A stretch of DNA of 50,861 bases from an uncultured Pseudomonadota bacterium (GCA_963847705.1 CAWKBC010000012.1:1-50861); one strand, 5' to 3'. Counted from the first letter of the stretch, positions 29,138 through 39,536 are shown. A program made the numbers and translations. Notes: generated from the sequence alone by a model not told the origin.

Positions 29138-31117
29138 CTACCCCGGCTCCCCGCGTTCCATCCCCGCAGGCACCGGAAAATACTCCCCCTTCGCTCCGAT
29201 CTCGTGCCCCGCCGGGATCGGGACCCCCAGCTCGTCGATCCTAAACACGCCAGCCGGCAACCGCAGCGACTCCCGCAGCCGGTCCATGGTTCCGGGCACG
29301 AAGGGGTAAAGCATGATCATCAGGTTCTTCAGCACGTAGAACGCGCTGAAGAGGGCGTTGCGCCGCGCTTCTTCCGGGTGTCGATCGTCGTGCGGTTTGT
29401 ACTGCGCGAAGAGGCTGTTGATGATGCGGGCGTAGTTTTCCACCTCGAAGAGCATGTTCGGGTAGTCGGCGCGGTCCATCGACTTCACGTAGCGCTGGAC
29501 CATCCGGACGGTGTCTTTGACCACGCCGTCCACCAGCACGCCGTCGGGGACGCGGCCGTCGAACTTCGAGTGCGCCGCCGAGATGGGGCGTTCGAAGGCG
29601 GCGTTGAGCGGGCCGGCCAGGAAACGGTTGCGCTCGTCCAGTTTGCCGAGCTCGAAGTCCGACGGCTTCTCCGACAGCCCGAGCAGCGCCAGGTAATAGC
29701 GGATCTGGTCCGGCGCGTAGCCTTTCTCGTCCAGCAGCTGATCGCCGCTGTAGAAGTTGCCGCGGCTCTTGCTCATCTTTTCGCCCGACACCATGAGGTG
29801 GAAGGCGCTCACGATGTCGGTCAGCTGCAGCTCGCCGGGCAGCGGCATGCGCTGCGGATCATCCTGCGTCCCCAGCCACATCGCCCCCTGCATGAGCACG
29901 TAGAAGAAGACGTTGTCCTGGCCCAGGAACTGCGTGACCCGCGCTTCGGGATCGCGCCAGTACTGGGCGTAGGTCTCCGGGTCCAACCCCTTCTTCGCCA
30001 GCGCCACCTGCGAGAACGCGATGGGGGCAATCAGCGAGTCGGGCCAGACGTACAGGGTCTTGCCCGCCAGATCCGGATCGATGGGCGGCACCGGCACACC
30101 CCAGGCGATGTCGCGGGTTATTGACCGGTGCGCCCACTCATTGGCGATCGTCGACGGGATCCCGGCCGCCGCCAGCGCCGTTCGCCCCGTCTCCAGCGCC
30201 GGCTTGTCGCCGAACTGCAGCACCACCTTCTTGCCCGGGGCGTACTTGCTCTTGTGCGCGGGGAGCGTGGCCTTGAGGGCCTTGTAGGCCTCCTCGTGCT
30301 CGCCGTCGAAGCGCAGCGACGGCAGCACCTTCTCCAGCGTGTCCGCGATGACCGAGGGGCGCCACGCCTTCTTCTTGGCCTTGCCTTCAATCCAGACGCG
30401 CAGCACCTCCGACACCTTCCACATGTCGAGAAACCAGTGGACGGTGTCGCGCATCTCGGGCGTGGTGTTGGACAGCACGCTCTTCGGGTTGATGAGCTCG
30501 GTCGGCTCGTGCTGGTGGCCGCAGCGATCGCACTCGTCGCTGTAGGCGTTCTCGTAGTTGCACTTGGGGTTGGGGCAGGTCCCCCGGACCAGGCGGTCGG
30601 GCAGGAAGCGATTGAGCTGGGGGTCGTACCACTGCCGGCTGGTGCGCTTTTCCAGCATGCCGTTGGCGTGCAGGCCGGTCAGGAAGAAGTCGCACAGCTG
30701 CTTCTGGATCGGGAACGTCTCGGGCTGGGAGGTGCCGGTGTAGACGTCGACGCCGATGGCGTAGCGGGCCAGCGTCACCTGCTGCTGCGCGTGGATGCCG
30801 TCGATGAACTGGCGAATCGGGATCCCGACCGCCGCGGCCGACACCTCGCTGGTCGAGCCATGATCGTCGGTGCCGTTGACGAACAGGACGTTCTCGCGGC
30901 CGATGAGCATGCCCATCCAGCGGCTGTAGATGTCGGCCGGCAGATGCGCCCCGGCCAGGTGGCCCAGGTGAAGCGGCCCGTTCGCGTAAGGCATCCCCGA
31001 GGTGACGAGAGCGCGTCGCGGACGCTGGACGGTCTTCAGAACCGAAGGCACGTCGACGGGGACATGCGGGTTCTTGCCGGCGACGTCGGGGGCTTTGGGG
31101 GCGTTTTTGTCTGCCAC
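29138..31117 (-). CDS. metG: Methionine--tRNA ligase
   Basis: PYANGPLHLGH (HIGH), GTDDHG, Zn knuckle, SITRDIAWGVPVP, KMSKS. Confidence 0.96.
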   Translation of the reverse strand: MADKNAPKAPDVAGKNPHVPVDVPSVLKTVQRPRRALVTSGMPYANGPLHLGHLAGAHLPADIYSRWMGMLIGRENVLFVNGTDDHGSTSEVSAAAVGIPIRQFIDGIHAQQQVTLARYAIGVDVYTGTSQPETFPIQKQLCDFFLTGLHANGMLEKRTSRQWYDPQLNRFLPDRLVRGTCPNPKCNYENAYSDECDRCGHQHEPTELINPKSVLSNTTPEMRDTVHWFLDMWKVSEVLRVWIEGKAKKKAWRPSVIADTLEKVLPSLRFDGEHEEAYKALKATLPAHKSKYAPGKKVVLQFGDKPALETGRTALAAAGIPSTIANEWAHRSITRDIAWGVPVPPIDPDLAGKTLYVWPDSLIAPIAFSQVALAKKGLDPETYAQYWRDPEARVTQFLGQDNVFFYVLMQGAMWLGTQDDPQRMPLPGELQLTDIVSAFHLMVSGEKMSKSRGNFYSGDQLLDEKGYAPDQIRYYLALLGLSEKPSDFELGKLDERNRFLAGPLNAAFERPISAAHSKFDGRVPDGVLVDGVVKDTVRMVQRYVKSMDRADYPNMLFEVENYARIINSLFAQYKPHDDRHPEEARRNALFSAFYVLKNLMIMLYPFVPGTMDRLRESLRLPAGVFRIDELGVPIPAGHEIGAKGEYFPVPAGMERGEPG

Positions 31118-31249
31118 GGAACCGCGGAGCTTGCCTTGAGAATTGCGGTCGTACAAGGTCGCCCCGGGCCGGCTGCGCCCCTTCCAGTTCCCCTCGTCCG
31201 TCGTCGCGTATGACGCACTGATGGACGGATAGAAGGCGCTACACCCGGT

Positions 31250-33583
31250 TCACGGGTGATAGGTCGCGGGCAGGCGGCGCTCGGGCAGCTTGACCGACGT
31301 CTCGAGATCGAGCTTCTGCGCCGAGCTGCCCAGCAAGACCTTGTAGGCGCCGGGGGCGATCCGCCAGCCGCCGGCGGCCTCGCTGAACACGGCGAGCAAG
31401 CGCGGGTCGACGCGCAGCTCGACCTCCGCGCTGGCGCCGGGCGCCAGGTCGACCTTGCGCCACCCGCCCAGGCGCTTCGGCGCCTCCCAGCCGCCGGCGG
31501 CCGGCGACACGTAGATCTGGGGCACGTCCTTGCCGGCGCGCGGGCCGACGTTGCGCACGCGGAACTTCACGACCAGGTCCTGACCGTCCAGCCGCGCCGT
31601 CAGCGCGCTTTGCTCGAATCGCGTGTAGGAGAGCCCGAATCCGAAGGGAAACAGCGGCGAAAGCTTTTTCGCGTCGTACCACTTGTAACCGACGGCCGCG
31701 CCTTCGGTGTAGTTGACCTTGCCCGTCGCCTCACCGCGGGCGTCCGTCGCGGTCAGGTCCGCTCGCGCGAGCTGGCTGGCGTCCTTCGGGTAGCTGATGG
31801 GCAGCCGGCCCGACGGATTCACGCGCCCGAACAGGAGATTGGCGATCGCCTCACCGCCGCTGGTGCCCGGATACCAGGCCTGCAGGACGCCTCGAACCTG
31901 GTTGATCCACGGCATGAACACGGCGCCGCCGGTCTCCAGCACCACGACGGTGCGGGGGTTTGCGCGGGCGACCGCGCTCACCAGCGCGTCCTGGTCGTCC
32001 GGCAGCGTGAGCGGGCCGTCGAACGATTCGCCGTTCCACAGCGTGACGAACACGATGGCGACCTCACTCTGCGCCGCCAGCCGGGCCGCCGCGGCGCGAT
32101 CCTCGCCGTCGGCGAATTGCACCGCGGCCCGCGGCGCCAGCCTCTCGATGGCCCGCAAGGGTGACGAGGGGTAAACCATGACCGGCCCCGGCCACGACAT
32201 CGGGTCGAGGTCGGGCACCGCGTTGCCGCCCACCGGATAGACCAGCGAGGACCCACCGCCCGCCAGCACGCCCTTGTCGGCGTGTCCGCCAATCACCGCG
32301 ATGCGGGCAACGCGTGGACGGAGCTGGGCTTTGCCCAGCGAAGTCGTCGCGGGAGGGTCTGGGAACCCTTCCAGGGTGCCCGTCTGATCGTCGGCGCGCA
32401 ACGGCAGGATGTCGCCGTCGTTCTTCAGCAGCACCGCGCCCGCCTCCGCGCCCTCGCGCGAGACCGCAGCGTGCGCCTCCAGGTCCTTGGCCGGAAGATC
32501 GAGGGGGGCGCTCTCGATCGGATGGTCGATCACCCCCTTGGCGAACATCGTGCGCAGGACGCGCCTCGCCATCTCGTTCAGCCGCGCCTCGGGCACCTCG
32601 CCCGCCTTGACCGCGTCCAGCAGCGGCTCGCGGAAGAAAGGCTTCTGGTCGAACGGCCAGCCCGACTCCTGATCGGCGCCGCTGCGCGCGGCCTTGGCCG
32701 TGCTGTAGACGGCGCCCCAGTCCGACATCACGTAGCCGCGCCAACCCCAGTCCCGCCGCAGCACATCCGTCAGCAGATACGAGCTCTCGCAGGCGTGCTC
32801 GCCCCACACGATGTTGTACGCGCACATGACGGCGCCGGGGTTCGCCTGCTCGATGGCGATCTGGAACGCCAGCAGGTCCGACATGCGCGCCTGATCGCGA
32901 TCGATGAGCACGTCGACCGTGTTGCGGTCGGTCTCCTGATCGTTGAGCGCGAAGTGCTTGATGGTCGAGATGACGTGATTGGATTCGATCCCGGCGATCT
33001 GCGCGCCCACGATGACGCCGGCCAGCAGCGGATCCTCGCCGCCGTATTCGAAGTTGCGGCCGTTGCGCGGCTCGCGCACCAGGTTCACGCCGCCGGCCAG
33101 CAGCACGTTGAATCCCGAGGCGCGCGCCTCGGCCCCGATCATCTCGCCGGCCCGCCGCGCCAGGGCCGGATCCCAGGTCGCCGCGGTCGCCAGCCCCGAC
33201 GGCAGCGCCGTCCGCCCGCGCTTGTCGTTGGCTGCGCCTTGGGTGGCGACGCCGATGCCCGCGTCGGTCTCCCACTGCGGCGGAATCCCCAGGCGCGGGA
33301 TGCCGGGCACGTAGCCCGCCGAGCCGGGGCGCGCCTCCGCCGGCGCGACGTACTTCTTCCAGGGCGCGTCGGTCGCGAAATACCCGAACACCAGCGTCTG
33401 CTTCTCTTCCCGCGACATCCGGGCCAGCACCAGCTCGGCGCGCCGATCGGCGTCCAGCCCGGCTTTCATCCAGGGTCGATCGGCCTTCGGGGCGGCGTGA
33501 GCGCCCGCCCCGGCCGCACCGAGGCTGGCGAGGACGATCGCCAGCGAGAGACGAGGATGCTTCAGTCGGTGTCTGTCGGTCAT
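31250..33583 (-). CDS. GH3 beta-glucosidase, secreted
   Basis: GRNFEYGGEDP, IKHFALNDQE, VMSDWGA, AWYPG, FPFGFGLSYT, C-terminal Fn3-like domain. Confidence 0.95.
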   Translation of the reverse strand: MTDRHRLKHPRLSLAIVLASLGAAGAGAHAAPKADRPWMKAGLDADRRAELVLARMSREEKQTLVFGYFATDAPWKKYVAPAEARPGSAGYVPGIPRLGIPPQWETDAGIGVATQGAANDKRGRTALPSGLATAATWDPALARRAGEMIGAEARASGFNVLLAGGVNLVREPRNGRNFEYGGEDPLLAGVIVGAQIAGIESNHVISTIKHFALNDQETDRNTVDVLIDRDQARMSDLLAFQIAIEQANPGAVMCAYNIVWGEHACESSYLLTDVLRRDWGWRGYVMSDWGAVYSTAKAARSGADQESGWPFDQKPFFREPLLDAVKAGEVPEARLNEMARRVLRTMFAKGVIDHPIESAPLDLPAKDLEAHAAVSREGAEAGAVLLKNDGDILPLRADDQTGTLEGFPDPPATTSLGKAQLRPRVARIAVIGGHADKGVLAGGGSSLVYPVGGNAVPDLDPMSWPGPVMVYPSSPLRAIERLAPRAAVQFADGEDRAAAARLAAQSEVAIVFVTLWNGESFDGPLTLPDDQDALVSAVARANPRTVVVLETGGAVFMPWINQVRGVLQAWYPGTSGGEAIANLLFGRVNPSGRLPISYPKDASQLARADLTATDARGEATGKVNYTEGAAVGYKWYDAKKLSPLFPFGFGLSYTRFEQSALTARLDGQDLVVKFRVRNVGPRAGKDVPQIYVSPAAGGWEAPKRLGGWRKVDLAPGASAEVELRVDPRLLAVFSEAAGGWRIAPGAYKVLLGSSAQKLDLETSVKLPERRLPATYHP
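32312..32390. repeat. 79-bp palindromic element, copy 1, in-frame within the GH3 gene
   Basis: 71/79 identical to 34278..34356; hairpins GCTGGGC-TTT-GCCCAGC and GGAGGGT-N6-ACCCTTC. Confidence 0.9.
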
Positions 33584-33665
33584 CGCGAGCACTCTAGACT
33601 GCGCTCCTTCGAGTTCACAGGGTCTCGGCCGTCGGCTAATATGACGCTCCATGCAGCGAGAGAGA

Positions 33666-33896
33666 ATGGCGAACCCTGACCGTGCTGGCGAGCGACACCC
33701 CGTCGCCTTCGCGCTCGTCGAGGGCCGGGGATACGTCGCCGACGGGAAGAGCGTCGAGATGTGGGCACGCTTCGACGAGGCGGGCTATCTGTGGCTCGAC
33801 TTCGTCGGCGTCGGCACGACGCAGCCGAAGGAGTCGTACCCGGTGGGCGGCGACAAGTCTGCCGTCCAGAGGATCGATCCGATCCTCTTCGTCTAG
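33666..33896 (+). CDS. Small hypothetical protein
   Basis: GAGAGAG RBS-like sequence; host-like codon usage; fills the intergenic gap. Confidence 0.6.
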   Translation: MANPDRAGERHPVAFALVEGRGYVADGKSVEMWARFDEAGYLWLDFVGVGTTQPKESYPVGGDKSAVQRIDPILFV

Positions 33897-33903
33897 CTCA
33901 CCA

Positions 33904-35643
33904 TCAGATCACCGCGAACAGGCCGGGGAGCAGCCGGGGCGGCAGCACCCGCCGGCCCTGCACGCGGACGACGACGTTCCCACCGTCGCGCGCGATGCGC
34001 TTCAGCTCGGTGGTCAGAATGCGCAGGCGATCGTAGCAGGCACGGTCGAAGGAGCCGTCGGCCGGCGCGGCGAGCAGCGCCAGGGGGCCGTCCTGGTCGG
34101 CCGCGCTGACCTCACCCGCCCGGATCCGCAGGCTGCGGGTCCGCGTGGCGCCCGGCTCTCGGTAGACCACCTCTGCGTCGTCCAGCAGCTTCAGCCAGCG
34201 TGTGCGGCGGTAGGCGCGATAGGCCTGGGCCGCCGCACGTTCCAGGTGCCGAGCGACGCGCGGCGGATCCCAGGTGTGCGTGGACGCAGCTGGGCTTTGC
34301 CCAGCGGAGTCGTCGCGGGAGGGTCCGGGAACCCTCCCAGGGTTTCCGGTTGATCGATCGCCTTCTTCGTCATCTCGCGGAGCATCCTGCTGCGCCGCCA
34401 CCGCCGCCAGCAGGTGTCGGGCCAGCTGCAGCGCCCGCGTGCGCGCGGGCAAGCACGCGAGATCGCCCGGCAGACCCGTCGCGGCCGCGTGGCGCGCCAT
34501 CAGCTCGGACCAGCCTGCCGTGAACACCGCCTGGTCCGGCGTCCACAGCGCCGAGACACCGACCGCGTGCGCGCGCACCGGCAACTCCGGCGGCGCTCCG
34601 GCCAGCAACGCGCTCAGCGCGCCGAGCGGCCGCAGTGCGTATTCCGACGGGAGCGGCCCGATCGCGTGCTCGTCGCTGGGCATGGCCGCCGCCGCCTCGA
34701 AAGCCGCGCTGCTGTACCAGACCCGGGGGTCGCCCGTCGTCAGCTGAACGTTGTAAGGCGGACTGAGAGCCTTGATGGTTTCGTTCTCCAGCAGCGCCGC
34801 CTCCAGCGCGCTGGCGGTCTCGGTCACGGCGATGTCGCTGACCTGAGTCAGCATCTCCGGCCCGAGCAGCTTGCCTGACCGTCCAATGAAGTGGCTGGTG
34901 ACGCGCTTCTTCAAGTTGGTCGCCTTACCCACGTACAGCAGGTCCCCGTTGCGACGCAGGAATCGGTACACGCCAGGCCGGTCGGGCAGCGAACGAAACC
35001 GCCGCTCGTCGATGGGGTACGTCGGCTTCTTGGGGCGCGCGCGGACGGGACCACGCTGGCCAAGCCACCGTTGCAGCTCCTCCCAGGTCTCGATGCCCAG
35101 CGCGGCCAGATCGCCGCACAGGCGCTGCCACACGAACGCCGTCGCCGCAACGTGGCCCAGCGCGCGCCGCTGCAGCGCCACGCTGTGGCCCAGGTGGCCG
35201 GCCAGCGCGCGCAGGGAGAGACGCGGCAGCTTGGAATAGAGGCGGCTGGCGATGGCGTGCAGGCACACGGCGTCCAGCGGGAAAGCAACGTCGGGCTCGA
35301 AGCGCGCCGACCATTCGCGCAGGAATGGCAGCTCGAAGCGCGCGTAGTGGATGGCGGTGGGAATGGGTTCTGCCTGCGCGACCGCCGCACGCAGGCGGCG
35401 CCACGCTTCGTGGCCGGCCATGGCCTCTGCCGCGGCTGCCGGCTGCCAGCCGGTCAGCTTGCGGACCTCGCCGGGAACCGTGTGCCCCTCCGGCAGCGCG
35501 ATCCAGTGCGCCTCGCATCCGCGCGGACCGCTGTCGCCGCGCACCACACCCCACCCCATCTCCAGAACGTGACCGAAGGCGGGGCTGGCTCCGGTGGCCT
35601 GACAGTCGACCACCAGCACATCCAGGGCGGCCAGCCTGCGCAC
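33904..35643 (-). CDS. DEDD-like 3'-5' exonuclease fused to a GIY-YIG (UvrC/Cho-like) nuclease
   Basis: VLVVDCQATG and HYARFE (degenerate DEDD); LPDRPGVYRF...LLYVGKATNLKKRVTSHF. Confidence 0.88.
   Translation of the reverse strand: MRRLAALDVLVVDCQATGASPAFGHVLEMGWGVVRGDSGPRGCEAHWIALPEGHTVPGEVRKLTGWQPAAAAEAMAGHEAWRRLRAAVAQAEPIPTAIHYARFELPFLREWSARFEPDVAFPLDAVCLHAIASRLYSKLPRLSLRALAGHLGHSVALQRRALGHVAATAFVWQRLCGDLAALGIETWEELQRWLGQRGPVRARPKKPTYPIDERRFRSLPDRPGVYRFLRRNGDLLYVGKATNLKKRVTSHFIGRSGKLLGPEMLTQVSDIAVTETASALEAALLENETIKALSPPYNVQLTTGDPRVWYSSAAFEAAAAMPSDEHAIGPLPSEYALRPLGALSALLAGAPPELPVRAHAVGVSALWTPDQAVFTAGWSELMARHAAATGLPGDLACLPARTRALQLARHLLAAVAAQQDAPRDDEEGDRSTGNPGRVPGPSRDDSAGQSPAASTHTWDPPRVARHLERAAAQAYRAYRRTRWLKLLDDAEVVYREPGATRTRSLRIRAGEVSAADQDGPLALLAAPADGSFDRACYDRLRILTTELKRIARDGGNVVVRVQGRRVLPPRLLPGLFAVI
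34278..34356. repeat. 79-bp palindromic element, copy 2, within the nuclease gene
   Basis: See copy 1; perfect GGGAGGGT/ACCCTCCC stem. Confidence 0.9.
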
Positions 35644-35730
35644 CGTTCAGTCATGCGGGCCGTCGCCGCCGCCGTCAAGTCGCAACCCCGCGCTGGACTG
35701 CTCGCGTGAGGGGGCGCGGGCTGGCCCGCG

Positions 35731-36020
35731 CGAGCTCATGGAGCCCCGACGTCGGCGCTCTATGGGCTGGCGGTCATGCTGCTCAAGCTGCTGCGGGATG
35801 AGCGCCCGCGTGGGTTGGCGTTCGCACTGGACGCCGCGCAGCCGACGTTTCGCCACCTTCAGAGCGGGTCCTACAAGGCGCATCGGCCGCCGCTGCCCGA
35901 TACGTTGCGCCGCCAGCTGGATGCTTTGCCGCGCCTCCTGGAAGCCGTCGGCGCGCCCACCTTCATCGCGCCGGGATTCGAAGCTGACGACGTCCCGGCG
36001 ACGCTCGCCCGCGAGCTGGA
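35731..36020 (+). pseudogene. 5'-3' exonuclease (PolI N-terminal/FEN-like) fragment
   Basis: GAPTSALYG, TFRH...YKAHRPPLP, PGFEADD; in-frame stop upstream; C-terminus lost. Confidence 0.8.
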
Positions 36021-36050
36021 CTCGTCGAAATCGGACGGCGCCCACCCACT

Positions 36051-37631
36051 TCAGAGCGGACGGCGACTGGCGCCACGCGCGGCGTTCCGCTGATGGCGGA
36101 GGCGCAGGAGCAACTGAACCAGGCCGAGGAAGAGCGCGAACCCGAGCATGTTGTCGAGGCTGGGCGCCGCGACGTCGCAGCTGCACCCGCTGCTGCCCGA
36201 GCCGTCGCCGGGAGCCTGGCTGCCGCCCTCGCCGCCTGTCGCAGCGCCACCCGAGCCAGTCTCGGCGCTGGCGCCGCCGCTCGCGCCGCCACCGGTCCCC
36301 GAGCTGCCGCCGGCTGCTGACGTGCCGCCCGTCCCCCGGCCCCCCGTGTTCGTACCGCCTGTGCCGTTGCCGCCTGTGCCGTTGCCGCCTGTGCCGTTGC
36401 CGCCCGTGCCCATGCCGCCGGTGCCGGTACCACCCATGCCGCCGGTGCCGGTACCGGCCAAACCGCCAGTCCCGGTGCTCCCCCCCGCACCCCCACGTCC
36501 ACCGCCGCCAGGGCCTCCCGCGGCGCCCCCCGTTCCCGGATGGGTCGACCCGGCCTGTCCGCCGCTCCCCGTCCCGCCCGATCCCGCTCCGCCAGACGTC
36601 CCGGCGCTGCCCCCCGCACCACCGTTTCCACACTGCGCGATCTCCGGATCGGTGGGACCCGTCTTGTCGAGCCCGAGGAACGGCACCACGTACTGTGGAA
36701 CGAACAACGCATCAGAGGGGCCGTGATCGCCGCCGATGGAGTCGAATCCATCGAGCACCAGATACCCGCAGGTATTGTTCCACTGCTGCTCCGTCGCTTG
36801 ATGCGTCCCCAAGGTCAGTCCGGTGTTCGTCTTGGTTGGATTGGTGGTGAGGCCCTGGAGATTGATGTACTGCTGCTCGGACTCCGCCATGTTCGAATAG
36901 CTGATGGTCGGATCAGCGGAGCCATGGAAGAGCTGCAACCGCGGCCGATGGCCGGTGTAGCCGGGATCCATGGCGCGCACCAGGTCTCCCCACTGCTGCG
37001 CGCTGTAGCTGCTGACCGGACCTCCTGCGCACGTGCCGTTGTACCCGGTGGCGTTGCTGGTGTTGTCGTTCGGCCCGTGGCACCCGGCCGGCATGCCGGC
37101 GAATGACGAGCCCGCCTTGAAGATGTCGGGGTAGAGCGCCAGCAGCAGCTCCGTCATCATCGCCCCCGACGAACAGCCGGTCGCATAGACCCGATCGGCG
37201 TTGGCCTGGTACTTCGACAGCGCGTACACGACCATCTGCTTGATGGCGTTGCTGTCACCGCCGTCGTTGCGCGTCCACACCTGGGTGGAATCGGTCGTCC
37301 AGCACCTCAAGCTGGTGGGATTGCTCTGCGGAACCACGATGATGAAGCCATATTGATCGGCCGCGCTCTTGAGGCCGCTCGCCTGGCCCAAGACAACACT
37401 GGCGTTGCTGTCGCAGGAGTGGATGAGGGTCAGCACCGGCGGATTGGTGGCGACCTTGTCAGGGACGTAGATGTACATCTGCACGTCCGAGGGGAGGTTG
37501 GGCACCCCTGCCGTCCAGTTGCTGACTTGCTGCAGCGAGGCGCCATGGGCGAGCGACGCCCCCGCCAGGATCAGCGCGGCGGCCATCAGACCGGCGACGT
37601 GGTGAGAGAGGATGTTTGCTGATCGTGGCAT
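36051..37631 (-). CDS. PHB-depolymerase-family/acetylxylan esterase with Gly-rich linker and MYXO-CTERM-like tail
   Basis: MYIYVPD, RVYATGCSSGAMMT, LFHGSAD; GCSC followed by a TM helix and basic tail. Confidence 0.88.
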   Translation of the reverse strand: MPRSANILSHHVAGLMAAALILAGASLAHGASLQQVSNWTAGVPNLPSDVQMYIYVPDKVATNPPVLTLIHSCDSNASVVLGQASGLKSAADQYGFIIVVPQSNPTSLRCWTTDSTQVWTRNDGGDSNAIKQMVVYALSKYQANADRVYATGCSSGAMMTELLLALYPDIFKAGSSFAGMPAGCHGPNDNTSNATGYNGTCAGGPVSSYSAQQWGDLVRAMDPGYTGHRPRLQLFHGSADPTISYSNMAESEQQYINLQGLTTNPTKTNTGLTLGTHQATEQQWNNTCGYLVLDGFDSIGGDHGPSDALFVPQYVVPFLGLDKTGPTDPEIAQCGNGGAGGSAGTSGGAGSGGTGSGGQAGSTHPGTGGAAGGPGGGGRGGAGGSTGTGGLAGTGTGGMGGTGTGGMGTGGNGTGGNGTGGNGTGGTNTGGRGTGGTSAAGGSSGTGGGASGGASAETGSGGAATGGEGGSQAPGDGSGSSGCSCDVAAPSLDNMLGFALFLGLVQLLLRLRHQRNAARGASRRPL

Positions 37632-37878
37632 GAGAAATCTCCGAGGAAGGCGTAGCCGTCCGCGTTCGGATGCAGGATGACGGGGCCCAAAAAGATCGAG
37701 CAGACGAACCTGCACTGGTCATTGTCCCGGCCGCCCCGAAATTGTCATTACTGGTGCGCCACTCCTGGGATGGCGACAAATCTTTCGACGCGCGGGTCAG
37801 CCACAACGTCCGTCGCCAGCGCACTCATCTCCAAACAGACGAGGCGCCAAGCGACGGCCTGCCGGCCAGCTGGCTCAT

Positions 37879-39237
37879 TCAGAACTGCGCGATGAAATTC
37901 CAGGCCAGCGGTGGAATGAAGGCCTTCAGGCCGTCGTCCCCGGTCGAAGTCCCGTCATCCACGCTCGCCGGGGTGTGCGCGCCATCGAACGTGCACACTT
38001 TGACGGGGTAACCGGCCTTGCACCCTGCGAAGTCGTAGCAGAGGTATTTCTTGCTGCCGACCGTCGTCGTCGGAATGTCGTTGCCGGCGGGAATCGTGCA
38101 TCCATTGTCCTGGGCGTGCTGAAGGTCGCAGTATTTTCCACCTTGCTTCGCCGCGTCGCTGCTGACCCACGGACAAGTGCCGTCGCTCATGCCGGTTGTC
38201 CCCATGTATGCGACCGGTGCCGCATTCGTGTCGGTCGGCTCATTGGGGAGATTGTAGTTGGCCGCTGCCATGGCGACGACCGCGCGCAGCTTCGTCTGAC
38301 GCGTGATCGACAGGGCATAGCTCATCATCGCTCCGAAGCTGAACCCCGTGGAGAAGACCCGGCCGTCGTCGATGCACAGGTTCGCGTCGACGAGGGCGAG
38401 CAGGTCGTCGAAGAGGACACTGTCTCGCTTGAAATCCCATGGCAGGTTGCCGATTCCCTCCGGCGCCACGAAGATGGCTGGAGCTTTCGCCGCGGTCGCT
38501 TCGCGCTGGAGGCCGAAGAAGGCGTAGTCCTGTGCGTTGAAATTGGGACCATTGAAGGCGGGATATTGGCCAATCGCATTGCCCGTGTCCGAACCATAGG
38601 CCTGGTGCCAGGAGAAGATCAGGCGATACGGGTGCGTCGGATCGTAATTCGCCGGAATGTCGATGATGTATTCGCGACTCATGCCGCCGCTGGTGATCGT
38701 GAGTCTGGTCGAGGTGGGAAGACCGTTCGCCACCGACATGCCGCCGGTGGTCAGCGTTTTCGCGCCATTCGCGACGCCACAGCCTTTGCTCGGCACCGCG
38801 GCGCTCCCGCTTCCGGCAGCTCCCCCGCCCCCACTGGCGCCGGAGCTTCCGCCAGTCGAGGCGCCACCGGCGCTTCCGCCCGCCGCCCTACCGCCTGCGG
38901 CGTTGCCGCCGCTGTTTCCGCTCCCGGCAGCTCCGCCACCCGCAGTCCCGCCGGTCGCGGTCCCTCCGCTTCCGGTTCCGCCACTCGCGGTCCCGCCAGT
39001 CCCGATCCCGCCGCTCCCGGTCGCGCCACCCGCGCTGCCGCCAATCGCGGTGCCGCCCGTCCCCGAGCCACCTGTGGACGAGCCCCCGGTCGAGCCCTCG
39101 GCGGCCCTGCCTCCAGTGCCGGCCGGAGATCCGCCGGTACCGCCCGGACTCGACGTACCAGGGCTTGAGCTTCCGCAGGCTATCAATCCCAACGACAATC
39201 CGAGGGCCAGAGTCACGAGCGCGGACGAAGACGTCAT
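37879..39237 (-). CDS. Secreted esterase lipoprotein, paralogue of 18694..19845
   Basis: Lipobox LIAC; VFSTGFSFGAMMS; GCKAGYPVKVCTFDGAH. Confidence 0.85.
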   Translation of the reverse strand: MTSSSALVTLALGLSLGLIACGSSSPGTSSPGGTGGSPAGTGGRAAEGSTGGSSTGGSGTGGTAIGGSAGGATGSGGIGTGGTASGGTGSGGTATGGTAGGGAAGSGNSGGNAAGGRAAGGSAGGASTGGSSGASGGGGAAGSGSAAVPSKGCGVANGAKTLTTGGMSVANGLPTSTRLTITSGGMSREYIIDIPANYDPTHPYRLIFSWHQAYGSDTGNAIGQYPAFNGPNFNAQDYAFFGLQREATAAKAPAIFVAPEGIGNLPWDFKRDSVLFDDLLALVDANLCIDDGRVFSTGFSFGAMMSYALSITRQTKLRAVVAMAAANYNLPNEPTDTNAAPVAYMGTTGMSDGTCPWVSSDAAKQGGKYCDLQHAQDNGCTIPAGNDIPTTTVGSKKYLCYDFAGCKAGYPVKVCTFDGAHTPASVDDGTSTGDDGLKAFIPPLAWNFIAQF

Positions 39238-39536
39238 CCCCTAAACCTGTCCGCAGGCCGCCGCTTGTTGACAGGAAAGGTGGCCCGAGCGCGCTCTAGG
39301 CAATTCCCTGGTCGGTCCCCGTCGGAATCGTCAACCAACCAACCATCGACACCGATCGCGCACGTGCCGACCTACAATGACGCGTTCAAAGTGCCGTCAG
39401 AGTGCCGTGACTACGCATTCCGAGACGACTCGAGCCGATACGGTCCGTCTCGAGAAAGCATCGTATTTTCTCGAATATTCAGGGACTTACCGGCCAAGGT
39501 CGCGTCGCGCCGACTCCGATTTCGATGTCCCGGTTC

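Noticed and set aside
35731-36020. 5'-3' exonuclease as the missing domain of the island PolA
   Set aside because: It is 8 kb away, truncated, has host-like codon usage and lies outside the island.
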